The translations under genes were made by a program, and so were the position numbers. Positions 20,113-27,982 of a stretch of 64,000 nucleotides of DNA are shown here, piece by piece. Below the pieces are notes generated by a model. It had not been told where the DNA came from. It did no database searches and saw only the letters and a list, made by a program, of their open reading frames with translations. How positions within the stretch are numbered: position 1 is the stretch's first letter; each line of letters starts with the position of its first letter. Where the stretch lies: the NCBI GenBank assembly GCA_964634875.1, contig CAZWKA010000008.1:978-64977 (forward strand). The letters run 5' to 3'. The DNA is from an uncultured Gammaproteobacteria bacterium (GTDB lineage Bacteria; Patescibacteriota; Patescibacteriia; Magasanikbacterales; GWA2-37-8).

Positions 20113-22746
20113 CTATTTCAACATTCGTTTCAAATATTCACCCGTAAAACTGCCTTTTTTAATCGACACTTCTTCAGGCGTGCCGGTCGCAATTACCTGT
20201 CCACCGCGATCACCTCCTTCGGGTCCGAGATCAATAATCCAGTCCGCGCACTTAATGAGATCGAGGTTGTGCTCGATAACCATAACTGTATTCCCCTGCC
20301 CGACCAACCGATCAAGTACACCAATTAATTTACGCACATCATCATAATGCAAACCAGTCGTCGGCTCATCAAGCAAGTATAACGTCTTCGTTGTACCGTG
20401 CTTTGAAAGTTCTTTGGAAAGTTTGATACGCTGCGCCTCACCACCCGACAAGGTCGTAGCTGATTGACCCAGCGTCAAATAATCCAAACCGACTTCATTC
20501 AAAATTTTGAGCTTATCATTAATAAGTGGGATATCGCGGAAAAATTCTTCCGCTTCTTCCACGGTCATTGCGAGTACCTCGGCGACATTTTTGTCTTTGT
20601 ATTGTACTTGCAAAATTTCGTTAGTAAACCGCTTGCCCTTACAAACATCACAAAGTATCTCAACACTTGGCAAAAAGTGCATTTCAATTTCGAGCGTCCC
20701 GCGGCCTTCACAATTTTCACACCGTCCACCCGGCACATTGAAACTAAAGCGACCACTCTTGAAGCCGCGTAATTTTGCTTCAGCCGTAGAGGCAAATAAT
20801 TCACGAATGAGGTCAAATGCTTTGGTGTACGTTGCCGGATTCGAGCGCGGCGTGCGGCCGATCGGACTTTGATCGATCACAATCATGCGATCAATGTATT
20901 CGGTACCGGTAATTTCTTTGTGCTTACCGACTTCTTTGTTCATGTGATAAAAACGATTGGCCAACGTTTTTTCCAGCACATCATTCATGAGCGTCGATTT
21001 ACCCGAACCCGACACCCCAGTCAAACACACAAACCGGCGCAGGGGAATTTCCACGGAAATATTTTTGAGGTTATGCTCTTCCGCACCTTTGATTTTTATT
21101 TTTGGTGTTGAGGCATCTACCTTACGACGCTTCTCTGGAATTTCAATTTTCAAGTCCCCTCGTAAATATTTGCCGGTAATAGATTTTTTAGGATCACCCA
21201 GCACTTTACACCCCCAGGTCTCATTTTCATTTACTACTGCCTTGCGTTTGGTCGCAGCACTGAGTGCGCCCGACGCAATCTGCTTCCCTTGCAACAATTT
21301 CGTCAGCGGACCCGAAAACACAACGTCGCCGCCATGCTTTCCCGCTGCCGGCCCAATGTCCACAACCCAATCACTCACGAGTATCGTATCTTCATCGTGC
21401 TCAACTACAATAATCGTATTACCAATATCACACAGGCTCCGCAGTGTTTTTACCAACTGATCATTATCTTTTTGATGAAGCCCAATCGTTGGCTCATCGA
21501 GTACATAGAGCGCACCAACCAAACGCGTCCCAACCTGCGATGCGAGCCGGATACGTTGCGCTTCACCGCCCGACAAAGTCCCGGCTTTCCGATTCAAATT
21601 TAAATAATACAAACCGACATTAAACATGAACTGCAACCGGTTGCTGATTTCTCGGAAGACTGCACCGGCAATCTCCACGGTTTTGGCATCGAGCGACAAC
21701 TCGACTTCAGCAAAAAATTCACGCGCTTCACCGATTGTGAGACTCGTCACTTCCCAAATATTTTTTTCTGCCACGCGTACACTCAAAGCCGTTTTGTTCA
21801 AACGCTTGCCTTCACAGACGGTACAAATTTCGGTACTGAACAGCTCCCGGGTACCAAGGCCTGTGCAGGCTTCGCAATAGCCATACGGACTATTGAAACT
21901 AAATAAACGCGGCTCGATCTCGGGAAAACTAAATCCGTCGTTTGGGCACGAGTACTCGGTACTGTAAACATGCTCGGCCTGCCCCGGGTACGCCACTGTC
22001 GCCAAACCATTTGATAAATCTACTGCTTTATTCACTGCTTCCGTCAAACGCAGCACATCGTCATCGCCCCATTTTTTAACGAGCGGGATTTTATCAACAA
22101 CCACCTCGATCGTGTGCTTGTTGTTTTTGGACAATAAAACGCGTTCACGCAAACTTTTAATAGTTCCATCCACCCGCACTTCCAAAAAACCTGAATTATA
22201 TAAATCATAGAGCATTTGGTAATACTCGCCTTTCCGGCCGCGCACGACCGGCGAAAAAATAGTCAGGTGGTTTTCTTCGACTTTAATTTTTTTAGTTTTT
22301 TCATTCTGTAATTTCGTTTCTGCCATAATCCGATCGATCATCTGGTCGACCGTCATCTTTTCGATCTTGGTACCACAGACCGGGCAATAGGGATTCCCCA
22401 CGCGCGCAAACATAACGCGCAGGTAATCATAAATTTCCGTGATAGTCGCGACTGTCGAGCGCGGGTTGGCGCTATGCGCTTTCTGGTCAATTGAGATAGC
22501 TGGCGACAAACCCTCGATCTCATCGACATCTGGTTTTTGCATGCCACCTAAAAACTGCCGGGCATACGCCGACAAACTTTCGATGTAGCGCCTCTGGCCT
22601 TCGGCAAAAATGGTATCAAACGCAAGGCTCGATTTACCCGAACCTGACAGGCCGGTAAAAACAATCATTTTGTTACGGGGCAATTCGAGACTAATATTCT
22701 TGAGATTATGCTCCCGTGCCCCTTTAATAATAATTTTTTCTTGCAT
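20113..22746 (-). CDS. UvrA paralog (tandem ABC ATPase) apparently lacking the insertion domain
   Basis: 877 aa. N-terminus is nearly identical in pattern to UvrA ([23 protein letters not shown]), with a second Walker [11 protein letters not shown] and C-terminal ..FTGEYL. Relative to the canonical UvrA at 6353-9145, the ~105 aa between the ..CTGLG zinc module and the CxxCxGKRL motif are absent. The UvrB-binding-domain region appears present. Confidence 0.85.
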   Translation of the reverse strand: MQEKIIIKGAREHNLKNISLELPRNKMIVFTGLSGSGKSSLAFDTIFAEGQRRYIESLSAYARQFLGGMQKPDVDEIEGLSPAISIDQKAHSANPRSTVATITEIYDYLRVMFARVGNPYCPVCGTKIEKMTVDQMIDRIMAETKLQNEKTKKIKVEENHLTIFSPVVRGRKGEYYQMLYDLYNSGFLEVRVDGTIKSLRERVLLSKNNKHTIEVVVDKIPLVKKWGDDDVLRLTEAVNKAVDLSNGLATVAYPGQAEHVYSTEYSCPNDGFSFPEIEPRLFSFNSPYGYCEACTGLGTRELFSTEICTVCEGKRLNKTALSVRVAEKNIWEVTSLTIGEAREFFAEVELSLDAKTVEIAGAVFREISNRLQFMFNVGLYYLNLNRKAGTLSGGEAQRIRLASQVGTRLVGALYVLDEPTIGLHQKDNDQLVKTLRSLCDIGNTIIVVEHDEDTILVSDWVVDIGPAAGKHGGDVVFSGPLTKLLQGKQIASGALSAATKRKAVVNENETWGCKVLGDPKKSITGKYLRGDLKIEIPEKRRKVDASTPKIKIKGAEEHNLKNISVEIPLRRFVCLTGVSGSGKSTLMNDVLEKTLANRFYHMNKEVGKHKEITGTEYIDRMIVIDQSPIGRTPRSNPATYTKAFDLIRELFASTAEAKLRGFKSGRFSFNVPGGRCENCEGRGTLEIEMHFLPSVEILCDVCKGKRFTNEILQVQYKDKNVAEVLAMTVEEAEEFFRDIPLINDKLKILNEVGLDYLTLGQSATTLSGGEAQRIKLSKELSKHGTTKTLYLLDEPTTGLHYDDVRKLIGVLDRLVGQGNTVMVIEHNLDLIKCADWIIDLGPEGGDRGGQVIATGTPEEVSIKKGSFTGEYLKRMLK

Positions 22747-22861
22747 ATAAATGACAAAAAGACCCGAAAATACAGGCCAATGGATGGAATAAAGGAAGAA
22801 AAAGGACTACTCGTAAGTGTACGGGAGACATTTTTATTTGTCAACTAAGCCAAAAAAGTGC

Positions 22862-22890
22862 TTGACAAAACCCTTTTTTTGTGCTATACT
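22862..22890 (+). promoter_or_regulatory. Sigma70-like promoter (TTGACA-17-TATACT)
   Basis: TTGACA 22862-22867 and TATACT 22885-22890. It drives the small ORF starting at 22920. Confidence 0.55.
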
Positions 22891-22919
22891 TTACTTGGAT
22901 AGTATCAACTTTTAATTAT

Positions 22920-23222
22920 ATGCTTGAAGGAAAACCTCGCCTCGACCTCATTACCCAAAAAGCCGCTATTTTAAAGGAAAAAACTGCTTCTATCGGCCTT
23001 GACCATGTCACCGACGCTGCAACTGCCGACAAGATTTTAGCTACTCACCAGCGCGATATGACGACTCTCGCCAACGAACAAGCTATCCAGGAGGCTCGCG
23101 CTTTTAATGACAAAAATAAAAAAATGGCTACGAGTGAACTGGCCTCTGCTACCCAACAAGAGATCCAGGCTTTGCTCGAACAAATTGATAAGATTCCTCC
23201 TAATACTCCATCGCTGAATTAA
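22920..23222 (+). CDS. Small coiled-coil-like protein (hypothetical)
   Basis: 100 aa from the first ATG after the predicted TSS (the track ORF start at 22881 lies inside the -10 box). Followed directly by a terminator. No domain recognised. Confidence 0.4.
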   Translation: MLEGKPRLDLITQKAAILKEKTASIGLDHVTDAATADKILATHQRDMTTLANEQAIQEARAFNDKNKKMATSELASATQQEIQALLEQIDKIPPNTPSLN

Positions 23223-23228
23223 ATTTTC

Positions 23229-23254
23229 GACCGCCCTTTCGGGCGGTTTTTTTA
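23229..23254 (+). terminator. Rho-independent terminator
   Basis: CCGCCC-UUUC-GGGCGG followed by UUUUUUU. Confidence 0.6.
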
Positions 23255-23298
23255 TCCCTGAAAAAGCATTGACTTTTATACCTAGTTATGCTAGCTTA

Positions 23299-23340
23299 AA
23301 ATGATGCTGATTCCTGCAAGGCATCAGCATTTTTTTATAC
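23299..23340. terminator. Second bidirectional terminator-like hairpin
   Basis: AAAAU-AUGCUGAU-(11 nt loop)-AUCAGCAU-UUUUUUU, an 8-bp perfect stem with an A-run upstream and a T-run downstream. Confidence 0.4.
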
Positions 23341-23610
23341 GAAGTCAGTTCTTTAACGAGTTCATTGACAAGTTACACCAAAATCACCTGTTCACCTAAG
23401 AGGCCGAATTGCGCTTTTTAGACTGCTCACACCTAAAAAGTGTTTTCGGTCTCTTAAGGTAACTCAAAAGAAAAATACGGAGGAACATCACCGAAAATTT
23501 CCCACAGCTTCGGCTCGAGGAAGACTTCGGAAAAAAAATAGATCATGCAACAAACACCTTTCACACGTTCAACCAACAACGGCAGGTAACCGCCCCTCGA
23601 AGGCAATGGA

Positions 23611-26079
23611 GTGACTCCCATGGCAGCACGCGGACACCCCACAATTGGAGCCCGGTTCGGAGCATTCTACGCGCTCCTGTGTGCGCTCGTCGCGCGAGCG
23701 AACGAGCGACCCGCCATCCCGGACGACGACAAGTTCCCGCCCGGCGTCCCCTACTCCGTCGGCAACGAGCTAGCGGAGCGCTTCAGCTTCTACGGCTTCA
23801 AGACGATCTTGAAGCAGTACCTGACGGCCCTCCTCCTCAACTTCGTCAACGAGGCGATGCTCCCCGCATCGGTCGTCGCCGACGCGATGGTGAAGAGCAC
23901 GGAGTACGTGCACCTCTTCAACGCGGCCGTCTACTCCTTCCCGCTGATCGGCGCCCAGATCGCTGATCGCTACCTCGGCAAGTACCGTACGATCTACTAC
24001 GTGTCGATCGGGTACGTGATCGGCCACGCCATCCTCGGTGTCGCCACTCACTTCGGCACCATCCACCTGTACGAGGCGGCCAAGATCTCCTTCGGCCTCG
24101 GCCTCGGCCTCATCGCCGTCAGCGCCGGCGGCATCAAGCCGTGCGCCTCCTCGAACCTCGGCGACCAGTTCCCGCCCCTCAGCAAGCTCATCCTAATCGC
24201 CTTCTCGCTGTTCTACTTCGCCATCAACTACGGCTCGCTCGGCGCCACGATCCTGACGCCGATCATGCTCGACAAGTTCGGGCCCGAGGTCGCTTTCGGC
24301 CTGCCCGGCATCGCGATGGCGATCGCCACGATCGTCTTCCGCATCGGCGAGAAGAAGTTCATCAAGGCGCCGCCCACCCCGGGCGGCAAGCTCGGGCTCC
24401 TCGATAGCCTCGTCACGACGCTGCTCCTGTCCCCGCTGTTCGCCACCGTCATCGGCTACTTCGTGCTCTGGCAGAAGGACGCCGAGATTGCCGAGAAGGC
24501 ATTCAACAAGGCTAACGAGGTGGCGATCCGCGCCGCCGAGGCTCTCGGCCAGACACCGCCGGAGTTCCACATCACGTGGAGCTTCGTCCAGAACTACCTC
24601 ACCAGCCACTGGTGGCTCTTCGCCCTGACCGCCGCCGCCATCACGCTCGGCTCCATCATCTTCATTGTCCGTCAGCGGCGGCAGCCCGACAATACGAGCT
24701 TCCTTCCCATCCTCATCTGGTCGCTGAAGAACCGACATCTGCGCAAGCAGGGCGACGACTTCTTCGATCCGGCCCGCAATAAGTTCGGCAAGGAAGCCGG
24801 TGACGGCCCCCCGGCCGTGCTCCGCATCATGGTGGTCTTCGGGATGGTCGCCGTGTTCTGGGCGCTCTTCGACCAGCACTCCTCGACCTGGGTCGACCAG
24901 GCCAAGATGATGGCTCTCCACCTTATCGTCCCCGCGTGGCTGGGGTACTGGACCCTCGCCACGTTCACCATCATCATCCTCTACGTGGGCATCGGGCTGT
25001 TCTGCCGCCTGGCCAACCGCCCGCCCAAGCGCCTGACCACCTACACCATCCTCGGTCTGCTCGCCTTCTCCGGCTTCCTCTCCGGCGGCCTCGACCTCTT
25101 CGGCCCGCCGATCGGCAACCGGGTCATCCCGGTGATCGTGAAGACGGACACGCCCACGAACCTGAACGAGGCGAACACCGTCATCAAGAAGAAGCTCCGC
25201 GAGGAAGTCAACGTCTCGGTGATCGTCGTCCGTTCGTCGGTCTACAACCCCAAGAAGGAGAAGACCACTCTCACGACGGCCGACTTCCGCCGTGCCACTC
25301 CGCTGGACGCGCTGATCGCGACCATCGGCCTTCCGGACGCCATGACCCCCGCCAACCTCGCGGAGGCCGCGCGTCTCGGGGTCGAGCTGAAGAACTACTC
25401 GAGCGTCAGCGCCTTCCAGGCCGACATCGAGGCCCGGCGTACCGTCAAGCTCAAGGAGCAACGGCCGCACACCCTCACGCTCATGATTTCCCCGTCGCAA
25501 CCCCAGGCGGCCAACCCGCTCTTCGTCATGATCATTATCCCGCTCCTCACCCTCATCCTCGGCTTCATCGCCACGCGCTACGGGATTGTGATCCGGCCGC
25601 TCTACATCATGGCCGTAGGCATGTTCCTCACTGCCTTCTCGTTCGTGATCGCCGCTCTCGTGCAGCGCCACGTGCAGGAGTCAGGTGAGGGCGTGGTCCA
25701 CGTGCTGTGGCAGCTGCCGCAGTACTTCAGCATGACGGTGGCCGAAGTGATGGTATCGATCACCGGCCTCGCCTTCGCCTACACCCAGGCCCCGCGCGCC
25801 ATGAAGGCCACCGTGACCGGCTTCTTCAACTTCACCGTGGCGCTCGGCAACCTGATCGTGGCCTTCCTCGCCCCGCTCGAAAAGCTCAGCCTCGCCTACT
25901 TCTTCTGGGTGTTCGCTGGCATCCAGGGTTTCGCCGCAATCATCTTCGCCATCCTCGTCTACTACTACGTGCGGCGGCTCAAGACGGACGAGCGGAAGGC
26001 CGAGAAGGCCACCCTGAGCGCCACCCCGTTCATCATCGACACCATACAGGCGCTCGAGGGCGAGAAGAAGTTGCCCTGA
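23611..26079 (+). CDS. POT/PTR2-family proton-dependent oligopeptide transporter, unusually long (822 aa) with a large hydrophilic insert
   Basis: PTR2 signature motifs GNELAERFSFYG, GGIKPCASSNLGDQF, FSLFYFAINYGSL and FWALFDQ. About 66% GC and SD GGAG upstream. A ~150-200 aa non-membrane segment (about nt 25130-25500) lies between late TM helices. Many overlapping ORFs on both strands are artefacts of the high GC. Confidence 0.8.
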   Translation: MTPMAARGHPTIGARFGAFYALLCALVARANERPAIPDDDKFPPGVPYSVGNELAERFSFYGFKTILKQYLTALLLNFVNEAMLPASVVADAMVKSTEYVHLFNAAVYSFPLIGAQIADRYLGKYRTIYYVSIGYVIGHAILGVATHFGTIHLYEAAKISFGLGLGLIAVSAGGIKPCASSNLGDQFPPLSKLILIAFSLFYFAINYGSLGATILTPIMLDKFGPEVAFGLPGIAMAIATIVFRIGEKKFIKAPPTPGGKLGLLDSLVTTLLLSPLFATVIGYFVLWQKDAEIAEKAFNKANEVAIRAAEALGQTPPEFHITWSFVQNYLTSHWWLFALTAAAITLGSIIFIVRQRRQPDNTSFLPILIWSLKNRHLRKQGDDFFDPARNKFGKEAGDGPPAVLRIMVVFGMVAVFWALFDQHSSTWVDQAKMMALHLIVPAWLGYWTLATFTIIILYVGIGLFCRLANRPPKRLTTYTILGLLAFSGFLSGGLDLFGPPIGNRVIPVIVKTDTPTNLNEANTVIKKKLREEVNVSVIVVRSSVYNPKKEKTTLTTADFRRATPLDALIATIGLPDAMTPANLAEAARLGVELKNYSSVSAFQADIEARRTVKLKEQRPHTLTLMISPSQPQAANPLFVMIIIPLLTLILGFIATRYGIVIRPLYIMAVGMFLTAFSFVIAALVQRHVQESGEGVVHVLWQLPQYFSMTVAEVMVSITGLAFAYTQAPRAMKATVTGFFNFTVALGNLIVAFLAPLEKLSLAYFFWVFAGIQGFAAIIFAILVYYYVRRLKTDERKAEKATLSATPFIIDTIQALEGEKKLP

Positions 26080-26270
26080 CCCCCAACCCAGGTGACCCGG
26101 CTGCCCCGCATGTTGTGCGGGGCAGCCGGCCCTTCCCTTTCTCCGCTTCACCGCGGCACTAGGGAAGAGGCAAGTGTAACTTGTCGCCTTCTTATCTGCT
26201 TCAGTCTGGAGCCAATAAGAAGACCCGAAATTATCCCGCCGAGCGGCGAGTATTTTATTTTCCTCAACCG

Positions 26271-26299
26271 TTGACATCACCGTAAAATCATGCTAACTT
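26271..26299 (+). promoter_or_regulatory. Sigma70-like promoter (TTGACA-17-TAACTT)
   Basis: TTGACA 26271-26276 and TAACTT 26294-26299, upstream of the second transporter gene. Confidence 0.4.
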
Positions 26300-26432
26300 C
26301 CTAAGTTAAGTTTTTTAAGGTACACCTTAACTATTCTCTTTGAAAACGTTAGCCGCTTGAAAACGTTTCATATCCTCGACCTGAGGATTGTGGGACACAA
26401 CAAGCTACTAGCAACACGCATGGAGGTTGAAC

Positions 26433-27827
26433 GTGAACAACAACCGACCCGACCTGTCGCGAGCACTGCGAAGCGCTCTTCAGGAGATCATCGCCCCGTT
26501 CCGCGATTTCATCCATGCACCGCGGGCGCTCTGGGGCGTGAACATCCCCTACTTCTTAGAAGGGCTCGTCTACTTTGGCATCCTGACTGTCCTCACGAAA
26601 TTCCTGTCCGAAAATGTCGGCCTTGGCGACATTACCGGCGGCTGGGTCGTAGGAACATTTACCGGCCTGATCACTGGGACAATGTTTCTCTTGGGCGGAA
26701 CGGCTGACCGTTGGGGCGTGCGCAAAGCGATTATCATCTCGCTGACGCTCATCTTATTAGGACGGATCATGCTCAGCTTGGGCGAACTGATGCACCTGGG
26801 AAACGGCTTGTTCGGCCCGCTCTTTAACCTCAGCTGCGCCGGACTCTTCATTGTTGCCATTGGGTACGGGATGTACCAGCCTGCGGCCTACGCCGGCGTG
26901 CGCCAGTTCACGAACGAAAAGACGGCGGCGATGGGTTACGCAATGGTCTACGCCCTCATGAACTTGGGTGCGTTTGGTTCGGGAATCATCTCCCCAATCA
27001 TCCGCCTCATCAGCAAGAACGCTTTTCCACCGAACGGCATCACGGGCGTTTTCTGGACCTACGTCGTGATCACCGGACTCGCGCTGATGCTGACCTTTGT
27101 CCTCCTGACACCAAAAACGGTACGGGCAAGCACGGCAACGAAGCTCGTTTCGGTCACGTCGCCAGTGTCTGAAAAGCCGCCACCTTTTTTCTCGAAGCGT
27201 TGGTTCAACGAGCACCCGCTCACGGACCTTCGGTTCACCTTTTTCATCTTCATCCTGATCCCGGTGCAGACCCTGTTCGCCCACAACTGGCTCACACTCC
27301 CCCTCTACATTGAGCGAGCCTACGCGGGCAATGCGAACTGGGTCAGCCAGAACTTCGAGTTCTTTGGCAACCTCAACCCGCTTCTCATCTTCATCCTGAC
27401 ACCGCTCGTCGCGGCTCTGACCGCAAAAGTGCCGGTCTTCAAGATGATGATCATCGGGACGCTCATAATGGCCGCACCGACCTTCCTCCTATGTCTCGGC
27501 CCCAAGCCCTGGGTCTTATTCATCTACATCTTCACGATGTCGGTTGGCGAAGCGCTGTGGCAACCCCGGTTCCTGCAGTACGCTTCCGAGATCGCGCCTG
27601 AAGGTCGGGTCGGCATGTATCAGGGCGTTGCCCAGCTTCCCTGGTTCCTCACCAAACTGGTGACTGCCGTGTACTCAGGCTGGTTCCTGAAGCACTACTG
27701 CCCCGCGACCGGCCCCAAGCACACCGAGGCCATGTGGTTCATCTACGGCCTTATCGCTCTGGTGAGCCCGATCGGCCTCTACCTGGCTCGCGGCTGGGTT
27801 GGCCGGTCGATTAACACGAAGCAGTAG
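26433..27827 (+). CDS. Second POT-like MFS transporter (12-TM, ~465 aa)
   Basis: GGTADRWGVRKAI matches the POT GGxxADxxxGxRKxI motif, and the hydropathy pattern is MFS-like. Start taken at the GTG 6 nt after a perfect GGAGG SD (the track uses TTG at 26427). GC about 58%. Confidence 0.65.
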   Translation: MNNNRPDLSRALRSALQEIIAPFRDFIHAPRALWGVNIPYFLEGLVYFGILTVLTKFLSENVGLGDITGGWVVGTFTGLITGTMFLLGGTADRWGVRKAIIISLTLILLGRIMLSLGELMHLGNGLFGPLFNLSCAGLFIVAIGYGMYQPAAYAGVRQFTNEKTAAMGYAMVYALMNLGAFGSGIISPIIRLISKNAFPPNGITGVFWTYVVITGLALMLTFVLLTPKTVRASTATKLVSVTSPVSEKPPPFFSKRWFNEHPLTDLRFTFFIFILIPVQTLFAHNWLTLPLYIERAYAGNANWVSQNFEFFGNLNPLLIFILTPLVAALTAKVPVFKMMIIGTLIMAAPTFLLCLGPKPWVLFIYIFTMSVGEALWQPRFLQYASEIAPEGRVGMYQGVAQLPWFLTKLVTAVYSGWFLKHYCPATGPKHTEAMWFIYGLIALVSPIGLYLARGWVGRSINTKQ

Positions 27828-27905
27828 ACCCTCCCCGCGACGATCTGCACCACACAGAACGTCGCGTATCTCCACTAGAAAGTTTTACAAATTTTTAGTG
27901 GAGAA

Positions 27906-27939
27906 AAAATATCCTGGCTACACTCAGGATATTTTTTAT
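27906..27939 (+). terminator. Rho-independent terminator after the transporter pair
   Basis: AAUAUCCUG-(loop)-CAGGAUAUU followed by UUUUUU. Confidence 0.55.
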
Positions 27940-27940
27940 T

Positions 27941-27972
27941 ACAAAAACACCCTCTACATAATCGAGGGTGCT
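27941..27972 (-). terminator. Rho-independent terminator of uvrB (minus strand)
   Basis: CACCCUC-UACAUAAUC-GAGGGUG, with a U-rich run following on the minus strand. Confidence 0.5.
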
Positions 27973-27982
27973 GTACACTATT

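Noticed and set aside
24193-25671. 492-aa ORF on the minus strand (and several other 60-250 aa ORFs on both strands between 23.6 and 26.3 kb)
   Set aside because: They lie entirely inside the 66%-GC POT transporter gene, where stop codons are rare in all frames. Their products are Arg/Asp/Gly/Pro-rich low-complexity sequences with no start context. They are typical high-GC antisense artefacts.
18655-27850. Interpretation of the GC-rich patches as ordinary native genes
   Set aside because: The GC shift is about 15-20 points, sharp, and intergenic. It is accompanied by a switch from SD-less to SD-bearing translation starts, which is not compatible with native codon-usage variation. Assembly chimerism remains an alternative that only read-level data can exclude.
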